Below, one piece after another: positions 20,035 through 27,962 of a DNA stretch of 63,008 nucleotides. The notes below the pieces were generated by a model. That model saw only the letters and a list, made by a program, of their open reading frames with translations, did no database searches and had not been told where the DNA came from. Position 1 is the stretch's first letter; every line of letters starts with the position of its first letter. Made by a program: the position numbers and the translations under genes. The stretch lies in assembly GCA_964562265.1 (NCBI GenBank), contig CAZLSN010000001.1:1-63008 (forward strand), written 5' to 3'. The stretch is from an uncultured Oscillospiraceae bacterium. Lineage in GTDB: Bacteria; Bacillota; Clostridia; Oscillospirales; Oscillospiraceae.

Positions 20035-20997
20035 TTAATCAAACAGATTGGAAATGGAGATCTCCTCGTAAACTCTCTTTATCGCCTCAGCGAAGATGGG
20101 AGCGACGGACTGGTACTTGATTATGCTGCACTCGGGCTGATCGGAGGGGTAAGGGATGGTGTCGAGCAGGCGAAGCTCTTTGATGCAGCTGTTGTTCAGT
20201 CTCTCGATAGCGGGACCGGAGAGGACACCGTGGCTTGCGCAGGCGTAGACTTCCTTTGCGCCGCCGATCTCCATGATCGCCTTTGCCGCACCGCAGAGAG
20301 AGCCTGCGGTATCGACCATGTCATCGAGGAGGATGCAGGTCTTGCCCTCGACGCTGCCGATTATATTCATGACTTCGGACTGATTCGCCTTCTGACGACG
20401 CTTGTCAACAATGGCCATGTTGACGCCGAGCTTCATCGCAAAATTTCTGGCTCTTGCGGTGCTGCCGACATCGGGGGAGACGACAACGACATCGTCGTTG
20501 TTCTTGCCGAATATGCTTGCATAGTGCTTAACAAAGAGGGGTGCGCCGAAAAGGTTGTCAACGGGAATGTCGAAAAAGCCCTGGATCTGAGCGGCGTGAA
20601 GATCCATGGTGAGGACTCTGTCTGCACCGGCGGCGGTGATAAGGTTTGCAACGAGCTTTGCGGAGATGGGATCACGGCTCTTTGCCTTGCGATCCTGGCG
20701 GGCGTAGCCGAAGTAGGGGATAACGGCGGTGATGCGTCCGGCGGAGGCTCTGCGCATTGCGTCGATCATGACGAGCAGCTCCATAAGATTGTCGTTAACG
20801 GGCTTGCAGGTGGACTGAACGATGAAAACATCGGCACCGCGAACGGGTTCCTTTACGGAGATGGAGCATTCGCCGTCCGCAAAGCTTGCGCAGTCGCAAC
20901 TGCCCATGTCCTTGAAAAGGTAGGAGCAGATGTCCTTAACGAGTTCGGGATTGGAGCTGCCCGAAAAAACCTTGATTTCTTTGCCGTGTGAGATCAA
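20035..20997 (-). CDS. prs: Ribose-phosphate pyrophosphokinase
   Basis: 320 aa with the PRPP loop ILLDDMVDTAGSL. TTG start codon preceded by GAGAGGAAG. Confidence 0.92.
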   Translation of the reverse strand: MISHGKEIKVFSGSSNPELVKDICSYLFKDMGSCDCASFADGECSISVKEPVRGADVFIVQSTCKPVNDNLMELLVMIDAMRRASAGRITAVIPYFGYARQDRKAKSRDPISAKLVANLITAAGADRVLTMDLHAAQIQGFFDIPVDNLFGAPLFVKHYASIFGKNNDDVVVVSPDVGSTARARNFAMKLGVNMAIVDKRRQKANQSEVMNIIGSVEGKTCILLDDMVDTAGSLCGAAKAIMEIGGAKEVYACASHGVLSGPAIERLNNSCIKELRLLDTIPYPSDQPECSIIKYQSVAPIFAEAIKRVYEEISISNLFD

Positions 20998-21184
20998 TTT
21001 AAATCTTCCTCTCTGTTTGTATTTGGCGTTTCTTAATCTTTATCAAATGAATTATACCAAATACCGATGAAAAAGAAAAGAGTATATACACAACAAAATT
21101 ACGAAATTTGACGATGGCAAATTCTATATTAACGGCAAAGCCCGAAAACCCGACATTTGCCATGCGACGAATAAGATCGTCAAG

Positions 21185-21218
21185 CAAAAAATCGGCTTCC
21201 TCAAAAAAGAGGAAGCCG
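21185..21218 (-). terminator. Rho-independent terminator after the PepSY gene
   Basis: Minus strand reads CGGCTTCCTC-tttttt-GAGGAAGCCG followed by ATTTTTTG. Confidence 0.8.
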
Positions 21219-21223
21219 TAATA

Positions 21224-21637
21224 TCACGATTTATCCAAACGATAGAACGCCTGCGTCAGAATTTCGCCGGTCTCGGCATCGATTATGTAGCGGTAATCCG
21301 TCACCGATCCGGTGAACTGGACCTTATAATACACATCGCCGTCGATCTTTATCATGTCGGAGCGCATGTCCTGCACCTTTTCCGCCATAAGACCCGCGTC
21401 CTCGATCGCTATCTCCTGCGCCGCCGCCTGACCGATATAGTCGCCGTCACCGACTATGCAGCCCTGAATCGGTGAGATCATCACAACGCAGAAAAGAAGA
21501 AAGACGATGGCTCGCAGGACATCCTTCTGCCGCTGCGCTGAGCTGACACGGCGTCGGGGTGCGCTCTTTTTGCCGGAGCTTGAGCGCAGTCTGATTCTGC
21601 GCTTTGAGGGTGCAAGATGCTTGCCGCCCTTTGCCAT
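21224..21637 (-). CDS. PepSY-domain membrane-anchored protein
   Basis: 137 aa with a basic N-terminus, one TM and a C-terminal PepSY-like domain (AQEIAIEDAG...DGDVYYKVQF...YIIDAETGEIL). Confidence 0.65.
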   Translation of the reverse strand: MAKGGKHLAPSKRRIRLRSSSGKKSAPRRRVSSAQRQKDVLRAIVFLLFCVVMISPIQGCIVGDGDYIGQAAAQEIAIEDAGLMAEKVQDMRSDMIKIDGDVYYKVQFTGSVTDYRYIIDAETGEILTQAFYRLDKS

Positions 21638-21791
21638 GCCTTCGCCTCCCTTCGTACTGCTTGTTCAATAGTAAATTTTAATATTTTTCTGCGATTTTGT
21701 CAATAAAGCAAGCGTCATACCGTGTACGGATATGGATTTTTTGAAAAAAGTATTGTATAATCGGGACAAAATCAAACACGGAGGAACTCAA

Positions 21792-22430
21792 ATGGACAAG
21801 AACAAACGGCATATTTTCGCCGCACTCATAGTCGTGCTGCTCATAGTTGCCGCGATAACCGCATGGCTGACCGCCGATTTTTCGGACGGCGACAAGGCGG
21901 CGGAGCCTTCGCCCACGCAGTCGCAGGGAGTGAAGGATGAACCCTCGGATGCTCCCTCCGAGAGCGTAACACCGAGTGAAAGCGATACACCCACCCCGAC
22001 ACCGACACCTACCCCGACGCCCACGGCAACTCCGACACCTGCCGGCAAGGTACTCTCCGGCAGCTTCGATTCAAACACCGGAACCTCGCTCAATACCCAC
22101 ACCAAATATGCGGTCACAGTGTCCTCAAGCGGCAAGTACATCCTTGAGGTCAAGGTCTACCTTCGCTCCTACACCGTTGGTATAGGCCCCCGCACGGGAG
22201 TGGTCAGCATCCTCGGAACGGACTATCGCTTCAACACCTCGTCGATAAGCGTCGAGTCGAACAGCAGGACGCAGGATACGCTGCTGTATGTCACTTCGCA
22301 TGAGCTGCCCGTCAGGGAGGGCGAGCTTTTGAGCGTGCCGATAAAGGTGAAATGGAGCTTTAACGGCGTGTACAGCGGCAACGACATCGACAGCATAAGC
22401 GCCGAAACCGTCATCACGGTACAGGGATAA
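21792..22430 (+). CDS. Hypothetical membrane-anchored protein with a (Thr-Pro)n linker
   Basis: Signal anchor (IFAALIVVLLIVAAITAWL), linker SDTPTPTPTPTPTPTATPTP and a ~130-aa beta-rich C-domain. Start at ATG 21792 with a GGAGGA RBS. Confidence 0.6.
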   Translation: MDKNKRHIFAALIVVLLIVAAITAWLTADFSDGDKAAEPSPTQSQGVKDEPSDAPSESVTPSESDTPTPTPTPTPTPTATPTPAGKVLSGSFDSNTGTSLNTHTKYAVTVSSSGKYILEVKVYLRSYTVGIGPRTGVVSILGTDYRFNTSSISVESNSRTQDTLLYVTSHELPVREGELLSVPIKVKWSFNGVYSGNDIDSISAETVITVQG

Positions 22431-22442
22431 TATCGGACGATG

Positions 22443-22650
22443 CATTCCCTTGCGGCATGTTGAGGCGGGACTTTGCCCTGATTTAATATACCGACAAGCG
22501 GGACGGAAAACCCGTTCCCTGCGATGAGGGCTTGCGTTCCGACGATCTCAATCGCCGCAGCGCAGATATTAAAACGCTTCGCACCCTTCTTGGTCCTCCT
22601 TATGGGAGAGCCAAGAAGGGTGCCGACATTCTAAATCGCTGCAAAGCGAT
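22443..22650 (+). repeat. Mosaic GC-rich palindromic intergenic repeat, copy A (most complete)
   Basis: Modules are TTCCCTTGCGGCATGTTG (22445-22462), CCGACAAGCGGGACGG plus hairpin (22491-22525), and a long hairpin GCACCCTTCTTGG...CCAAGAAGGGTGC (22581-22623). These modules recur at 26496-26640, 37140-37300 (inverted), 41801-41870, 50108-50184 (inverted) and 54889-54942. Confidence 0.8.
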
Positions 22651-22680
22651 ATGATTCGACATATTCCCGCAGGGAATATG

Positions 22681-23115
22681 TCATTCAGCGACCTCGATGG
22701 GGTCGCCTTTTTTTACATCGCCGGAGGCAAGCACCTTGACGAATATACCCTCGCGGGGCATAACGCAGTCACCCGCAGCCTTGCGGATGGCACAGTCTGC
22801 ATGGCACTCCTTGCCTATCTGCGTGACCTCACACAGAGCCTCGCCGATCCTGAGCTTCGTTCCGACGGGGAGCGTTGCCACCGCAAGACCCTCGACCAGA
22901 ACATTCTCCGCAAAATCTCCGTTTTTGAGCTTAAAGCTTATCTTCTCCTGAAGCTTTGCGACGCTTTCGACGCTCAGAAGGCTTATCTGACGGTGCCAGT
23001 TGCCCGCATGGGCGTCACCGTCGATGCCGTGATCTACACGGAAATGTGCGCTTTCTATCTCGTGCTTTTGAATTCCTCTTACTTCGCTTATGCAAATTGC
23101 GGCTACCTTTGCCAT
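22681..23115 (-). CDS. MOSC-domain protein
   Basis: 144 aa. ...GIDGDAHAG...RQISLLS...GDFAENVLVEG...LRIGEALCEVTQIGKECH, the MOSC beta-barrel type usually found next to Moco genes. Confidence 0.75.
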   Translation of the reverse strand: MAKVAAICISEVRGIQKHEIESAHFRVDHGIDGDAHAGNWHRQISLLSVESVAKLQEKISFKLKNGDFAENVLVEGLAVATLPVGTKLRIGEALCEVTQIGKECHADCAIRKAAGDCVMPREGIFVKVLASGDVKKGDPIEVAE

Positions 23116-23119
23116 GTGT

Positions 23120-24076
23120 TTATCCTCCGATTCTGTTCATGCTGCGTTTTGACTGCGACCGTTCGGTTGCCGAAAGCTCGACATGCATCTTCGGCTTGTG
23201 TTCTGTTGCCGTCAGTATGGCGTTTTCGAGTTCCTTGCCGTGAAGACCTCTCACCGGTATCTCCTCCGCCGAATGAAGGCAGGGCTTTATGCAGCCGTCG
23301 GCGGTGAGCCTGAGCCTGTTGCAGCGGGCACAGAAGTGATTGCTCAACGGGCTTATAAGTCCAACCCTGCCCAAGGCATCGGGCAGAACATATTCCCTTG
23401 CCACCGTGCTTTCGGACTCCGACGCAACGGCCTTAAGCTCCGGCAGCGTATCGGTCACATACGACACCGGAAGATACGCCGACTCGCCGAACTGCGCCGT
23501 ATCGCCTATCGGCATCAGCTCGATAAATCGGACATCGACGGGGTACCTTTGCGTGAGCCTTGCAAGCGTCTCTGTCTCATCGGAGTTTACTCCGCCGATG
23601 AGAACGCAGTTGAGCTTTACCGGACTCATGCCTGCCGAGAGTGCCGCCTCTATGCCCTTTAGTGCCATGCTCAGCTCACCGCCTCTTGTTATGCGGCGGT
23701 ATTTTTCGGTGTCGAGCGTATCGAGACTTATGTTTATGCGATGAATCCCCGCATCGAAAAGAGGCTTTGCCAGCGGGGGCAGCAGAGTCGCATTCGTGGT
23801 CATCGAAAGATCCCGTATGCCGTCTATCGCACCGAGTCTTTCGGTCAGCTCAACGATGTCACTGCGCACAAGCGGCTCACCGCCGGTTATGCGTATCTTC
23901 CTTACGCCGAGCCTCGCCGCCGCTGTCGCTATCTCAACTATCTCATCAGCCGACAGATTCTCCGCACAGCCGCATTTCTGCCCACCCTCGGGCATACAAT
24001 AGCTGCACCTGAGATTGCAGGCATCGGTTACGGATATCCTCAAATATTCGATTTTTCTTCCGTAATTATCGGTCAT
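23120..24076 (-). CDS. moaA: GTP 3',8-cyclase (radical SAM, molybdenum cofactor biosynthesis protein A)
   Basis: CNLRCSYCMP radical-SAM cluster, second cluster CARCNRLRLTADGCIKPC, and a C-terminal Gly-Gly tail. Confidence 0.9.
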   Translation of the reverse strand: MTDNYGRKIEYLRISVTDACNLRCSYCMPEGGQKCGCAENLSADEIVEIATAAARLGVRKIRITGGEPLVRSDIVELTERLGAIDGIRDLSMTTNATLLPPLAKPLFDAGIHRINISLDTLDTEKYRRITRGGELSMALKGIEAALSAGMSPVKLNCVLIGGVNSDETETLARLTQRYPVDVRFIELMPIGDTAQFGESAYLPVSYVTDTLPELKAVASESESTVAREYVLPDALGRVGLISPLSNHFCARCNRLRLTADGCIKPCLHSAEEIPVRGLHGKELENAILTATEHKPKMHVELSATERSQSKRSMNRIGG

Positions 24077-24086
24077 GCTATCACCG

Positions 24087-25247
24087 TTACAGCTTGCCTC
24101 TCATATTGCGTTCCATGTATCCCTCATCCGCAAGCCCCTCATGCTCATCAATGGGAACTCTGTTTGCAAGCTCGGGATCGGTATTGTTGCCAAATGCCTC
24201 TCTTATTGCGGCAGCGGCCTCCATCTGTTCGATGCGTACCTGCTCTGTAGCGTACTGTTCCTCACGGCTTTTAAGCTCGTTCTCCTTATAAGCCTTTATC
24301 CTTGCGATAACGTCCTTTTTGCGGTCCTTCTCCGCTTTTTTAACTGAGGAGGGCAGCTCCGACATATCCGCAAACCACTCACAGCTCTCACCGACCGATA
24401 CCTTGTGAGTCTCTCTGTCGATATGGGTGGGGAGAGTCTCAAAGGATATGCCGTCCTTGCGGAAATCGAGGGACAGCAAAAGACCGTTATCGGTGTCCTT
24501 TTGCGCTCTCTGATAATCCGTATCGAAGATGAAGTTGCCGAGTGAGTAGAAAACAGGCTTTGCACCGAAGTATTCATAGCCCTGAACGACATGGGGATGA
24601 TGCGCAACGACGGCGTCACAGCCCCAGCGCAGATAACGCTTAAACTGCCGTCTTACCCGTGCGGCGGGAATGTGCAAAAACTCGTCGCCGCCGTGGTATA
24701 CCAAAACGATATAATCCACATGGGGTCTGAGGCTTTTGACGGCGGCTTTGATATAGTCCTCCCTCGACTCATGCAGAGGGCCGCCGGAGGTCTCGTTTGC
24801 GATGCGGTATCTCTTGTACTGCACCGAGAGTATGCCGACCTTGATCTTGTCGCCCAATATGATGCAGCGGGCGGCTTCTTTGACATCCAAGCCGATGCCG
24901 ATGTAGGGCAGGCCTTCTTTTTTGCAGTTATCTATGGTGTCGATGACGCCGATGGTGCCGAAGTCCATCATGTGATTGTTGGCAAAGGACAGCACCGGAG
25001 ACTTGATGTTGCGCTTCACAAAGCCCAGTGCGGCGGTGTTGCTGCGATGGGCAAGACGCTTTTTCTTCGTTACACGGCAGGGGGTAACGGGGCTTTCAAA
25101 GTTTATGATGTTGTAGTCATTCTGAGCCAGAAAGGCTTTGATGTCGTCGCTTAGGGTCTCGTCGTCGCAGCAGCGATCGGCAAAATAGCCGCTGAATGCG
25201 AGATCACCCGTAAAGCCGAGCTTCAAAACAGCTTCTTTTTCGTTCAT
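24087..25247 (-). CDS. CapA/PGA_cap-family metallophosphoesterase-like protein (cytoplasmic, with a charged C-terminal tail)
   Basis: FTGDLAFSG, NFESPVT, ANNHMMDFG, VLVYHGGDEF, VVAHHPHVVQGYE, YSLGNFIFD. No signal peptide or TM. The last ~90 aa are Lys/Glu-rich. Confidence 0.8.
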   Translation of the reverse strand: MNEKEAVLKLGFTGDLAFSGYFADRCCDDETLSDDIKAFLAQNDYNIINFESPVTPCRVTKKKRLAHRSNTAALGFVKRNIKSPVLSFANNHMMDFGTIGVIDTIDNCKKEGLPYIGIGLDVKEAARCIILGDKIKVGILSVQYKRYRIANETSGGPLHESREDYIKAAVKSLRPHVDYIVLVYHGGDEFLHIPAARVRRQFKRYLRWGCDAVVAHHPHVVQGYEYFGAKPVFYSLGNFIFDTDYQRAQKDTDNGLLLSLDFRKDGISFETLPTHIDRETHKVSVGESCEWFADMSELPSSVKKAEKDRKKDVIARIKAYKENELKSREEQYATEQVRIEQMEAAAAIREAFGNNTDPELANRVPIDEHEGLADEGYMERNMRGKL

Positions 25248-26383
25248 GCCTTGCCACCTCCGACCGATCTGTGATCCGCCTCGTATATGGAATCCATGTT
25301 TTTGTAGGCATAGAGCATGCCGTTATATGACATTATCTGAGGTGCAACGCACTGAGGTTGAGCGTTGCCCTCGACAAAGACCCAGCCCTTTTCGCTGTAT
25401 GCCAGATCCCAGCCGACAAAGCGCACCTGCGGAAGCGTATCCGCAAGGCGGCAGATGAGCTTTTTGACCTCGTCCCACTGCGGGATATTCAGTCCCACGA
25501 GCTGGATCTTGCTGTCCGGATGATAGATGTAGCGATGGCCGAGATAGTCTCTGCCGCAGTCGCATATAACACCGGTGTCGAAGTCTATCCTTGCGGATAT
25601 TCCGCCACCCGACATATTATCGGTGTGACTGCCGCCGGAGCCCATGCGCAGGAAGCACCACTGTGTGTGGGTCTCACCGCTGTCACTGTGATAGGTGACT
25701 ATGCGGACGGTGTTGACCGAATCGGGGTGGATCTCGGCGATCTCCTTGCCCTGAACGATAAGCTCCTCAAGAACACAGGCACCGTTGAATATGATGATCT
25801 CAAACAGATCCTCGTCGGATTCGTAGTTCTTGCGGTCGTAGATTTTGATGCCTCTGCCGCCGTAGTCCTGAGCGGGCTTGTAGATGAAGCGGGGGTGCTT
25901 TTCGAGGAAGGCACGGAAGCTGTCAAAGTCCCTGTCATCATAAAGGCTCACGACATCTCTGCCGTAGAACTCACCGAAGATGCGATAAGTCTCGGTCTTT
26001 TGATTCAGGAAATCAACATAGTTGCGGTCGTTGAATTTCTTGTAATACTTGTACTTGTTACTTCTCGTCACGAAGGTCGATCTGCCCTCTCCCGAGAGCA
26101 TATTGAAGCCGTAGATGAAGTATTCCTTCGGGATTATGCCGAAGCGCACCCGACAGCGGTAGATCTTCAGCATCAGTACAAAGTGCTTAAATCCGTGTGC
26201 GGCCTCGGGACGATGCTCCGCAATTGCGGCATTTGCTGCCTCACGGAACTTTTTCAGTCCGAAGAAGCGTCTGTAAATCTTGACGCCGACTCTGTATGTT
26301 CCCGCAAGCACATCCCTTATTATGCCCGATTTCGGAGCGATTGCGGAAACTGCTCTGGCAAGCTTTCTTATAAATCTTTTCAT
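25244..26383 (-). CDS. ATP-grasp ligase, 'sugar-transfer associated ATP-grasp' type (PF14397-like), copy 1
   Basis: 379 aa. FIYKPAQDYGGRGIKIYD, NTVRIVTY, GGISARIDFDTGV, YHPDS, FVGWDLAYSEKGWVFVEGNAQP. ATGA overlap with the CapA-like gene. Confidence 0.7.
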   Translation of the reverse strand: MKRFIRKLARAVSAIAPKSGIIRDVLAGTYRVGVKIYRRFFGLKKFREAANAAIAEHRPEAAHGFKHFVLMLKIYRCRVRFGIIPKEYFIYGFNMLSGEGRSTFVTRSNKYKYYKKFNDRNYVDFLNQKTETYRIFGEFYGRDVVSLYDDRDFDSFRAFLEKHPRFIYKPAQDYGGRGIKIYDRKNYESDEDLFEIIIFNGACVLEELIVQGKEIAEIHPDSVNTVRIVTYHSDSGETHTQWCFLRMGSGGSHTDNMSGGGISARIDFDTGVICDCGRDYLGHRYIYHPDSKIQLVGLNIPQWDEVKKLICRLADTLPQVRFVGWDLAYSEKGWVFVEGNAQPQCVAPQIMSYNGMLYAYKNMDSIYEADHRSVGGGKA

Positions 26384-26456
26384 ATTGCGAAAGACCCTCC
26401 GGTTTTCGTGTCAAATATGTTTTTTGTTTTCGATAAGCATAAGATGCTAAATATAC

Positions 26457-26484
26457 ATTCTACACGATTCCGCATTTTTTTCAA
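26457..26484 (-). promoter_or_regulatory. Candidate promoter for the ATP-grasp/CapA/moaA/MOSC operon
   Basis: Minus strand reads TTGAAA(26484-26479), 16-nt spacer, TAGAAT(26462-26457), 74 nt upstream of ATG 26383. Confidence 0.5.
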
Positions 26485-26495
26485 GATATATATTT

Positions 26496-26640
26496 GCCCC
26501 GACAAGACATGACGCCTGATTTTGTGCGCTTTTGCGGTTTTTACTTCCGACAAGCGGGACGGGAGACCCCTCCCCTGCGATGTGATTTTTCTTGTTCGTC
26601 GCAGAGCGGATATTTGGAATGTCGGCACCTCCCTTGGCTA
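26496..26640 (+). repeat. Mosaic intergenic repeat, copy B
   Basis: CCGACAAGCGGGACGG (26547-26562, identical to copies A and C) then ...CCCTGCGATG. A half-hairpin GAATGTCGGCACCTCCCTTGGCT follows at 26617-26639. Confidence 0.75.
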
Positions 26641-26669
26641 TTATTTGCCGTATCGTTCACAAATTACTA

Positions 26670-26698
26670 TTGAAGAAATACCGAAAAGATAGTAAAAT
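26670..26698 (+). promoter_or_regulatory. Candidate promoter for the TagF-like/ATP-grasp/NTP-transferase operon
   Basis: TTGAAG(26670-26675), 17-nt spacer, TAAAAT(26693-26698). The -10 box overlaps the ATG at 26697, which argues against that ATG as the start codon. Confidence 0.55.
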
Positions 26699-26753
26699 GA
26701 CAAAAAGCGATCAAGAAACCGTTGCCCCGATGATCGGGGAGAAATGGAGCATT

Positions 26754-27962
26754 ATGCGAATAGCAGTGATTTTATTGCGCTGGGTACTCGGCTTCATCTA
26801 CTTTTTCATGAAGCTCATGCCCACCGACAACAGCAGGATCGTATTTTTGAGCAGACAGTCGGATACCCCCTCCGAGGACTTTGTGAGCCTTTCCGCTCGT
26901 ATAAAAGGATTTAAGCCCGATGTGAAGATCGTCATGATAACGCAGCGGGCGGACAATAACATAAAAAGTATGCTTTCTTTTGCCGGGGCGACACTGCGCA
27001 GTATGCACCATCTCGCAAGGGCGAGAGTTTGCGTACTGGATTCCTACTGGCCCGCCGTTTCGGTGCTTAAGCACAAGAAGCAGCTTGCCGTCATCCAGAT
27101 GTGGCATGCCATGGGTAAGATCAAAAAATCCGGCTACCAGTCACTCGGCAAGAAGTTCGGCAGAAACGAAATGATCGCCGAGGAGATGCGAATGCACCGC
27201 AACTACGATGTCGTCATAGCTGGCGGCAAGGCGTTCAACCCCTTCTACTGCGCCTCCTTCGGCATCGAGGAAAACATACTTTACAATGTCGGTCTTCCGA
27301 GGATGGACGATCTGAGGGAGAATGTCGAAAGCTCGAAGGAGCTTTTCTATTCCGCTTACCCCGAATTCAAGGGCAAGAGGATAGTGCTTTACGCACCCAC
27401 CTTCCGCAAGGGAAAGGTCTTAAACCCCACACCCTTGGTGAAGGCGTTCTCCGCCTATGAGGATACGGTGCTGGTGGTGAAGCTCCACCCGAACCAGATA
27501 AAGAGCAAGACACAGATAGCGGCGGTCGAATGTCCGGAGATACCGACCTCGGCGGTGCTGTCCGTTGCCGAATGTGTTATAACCGACTACTCTGCGATAA
27601 GCATAGAGGCGGCGGTTTTGGATAAGCCGGTGTACTTCTATCTCTTCGACTATGACGATTATCTGAGCCATAACGGACTGAATGTCATTTTGCCCGATGA
27701 GCTGCCAAGCTGCGTATATACTTCCGCAAAGGCACTCGGCCGTGCAATAGCGGGCGGAAGCTACGACAGGGCTGCCTATGAGGGCTTCCGTGAGAAATAC
27801 CTGCCCGATATGAGCGGCAGGGCAACGGATAAGATAGCAAACCTGATTATAAGCTGCATGGAGAACGATAAGCATGATGCAATTTGCAAGAGCCTGTCTG
27901 GCATGGCTGATGATGGCGGCAAGGTGGGTAGTGAGGATACTGTTTGCACCGGATCACTTTAA
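26754..27962 (+). CDS. CDP-glycerol/polyol-phosphate glycerophosphotransferase family protein (TagB/TagF-like), copy 1
   Basis: Glyphos_transf-type motifs IQMWHAMGKIKK, VLYAPTFRKG, VVKLHPN, ITDYSAISIEAAVLDKPV. Start is uncertain: 26754 (GGAG 4 nt upstream) is preferred, with 26697 or 26730 as alternatives. Confidence 0.78.
   Translation: MRIAVILLRWVLGFIYFFMKLMPTDNSRIVFLSRQSDTPSEDFVSLSARIKGFKPDVKIVMITQRADNNIKSMLSFAGATLRSMHHLARARVCVLDSYWPAVSVLKHKKQLAVIQMWHAMGKIKKSGYQSLGKKFGRNEMIAEEMRMHRNYDVVIAGGKAFNPFYCASFGIEENILYNVGLPRMDDLRENVESSKELFYSAYPEFKGKRIVLYAPTFRKGKVLNPTPLVKAFSAYEDTVLVVKLHPNQIKSKTQIAAVECPEIPTSAVLSVAECVITDYSAISIEAAVLDKPVYFYLFDYDDYLSHNGLNVILPDELPSCVYTSAKALGRAIAGGSYDRAAYEGFREKYLPDMSGRATDKIANLIISCMENDKHDAICKSLSGMADDGGKVGSEDTVCTGSL

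Noticed and set aside
21985-22045. Tandem ACNCCN repeat as a non-coding repeat or CRISPR-like array.
   Set aside because: It lies in-frame inside a CDS and encodes a Thr-Pro linker. It is a coding microsatellite, not an array.
22658-22682. Hairpin CATATTCCC-gca-GGGAATATG overlapping the MOSC stop codon, considered as a terminator.
   Set aside because: No T-run follows it on the minus strand. It may simply be part of the adjacent repeat element, so I did not call it as a terminator.
24077-24086. Moco riboswitch controlling moaA.
   Set aside because: moaA starts 10 nt after the preceding stop, so there is no leader. The operon's real 5' region (26384-26456) is short and shows no Moco-motif features.
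24087-25247. Poly-gamma-glutamate capsule locus, suggested by the CapA-like gene.
   Set aside because: No CapB (Mur-ligase-like) or CapC genes are present in the window, and this CapA-like protein lacks the membrane anchor. The context is teichoic-acid-like instead.
26380-26628. 82-aa ORF in the divergent spacer, plus similar small ORFs across other repeat copies (for example 37029-37403).
   Set aside because: They run through the mosaic repeat elements, have no RBS and have Arg/Lys-rich nonsense composition. They are typical spurious calls on repeats.
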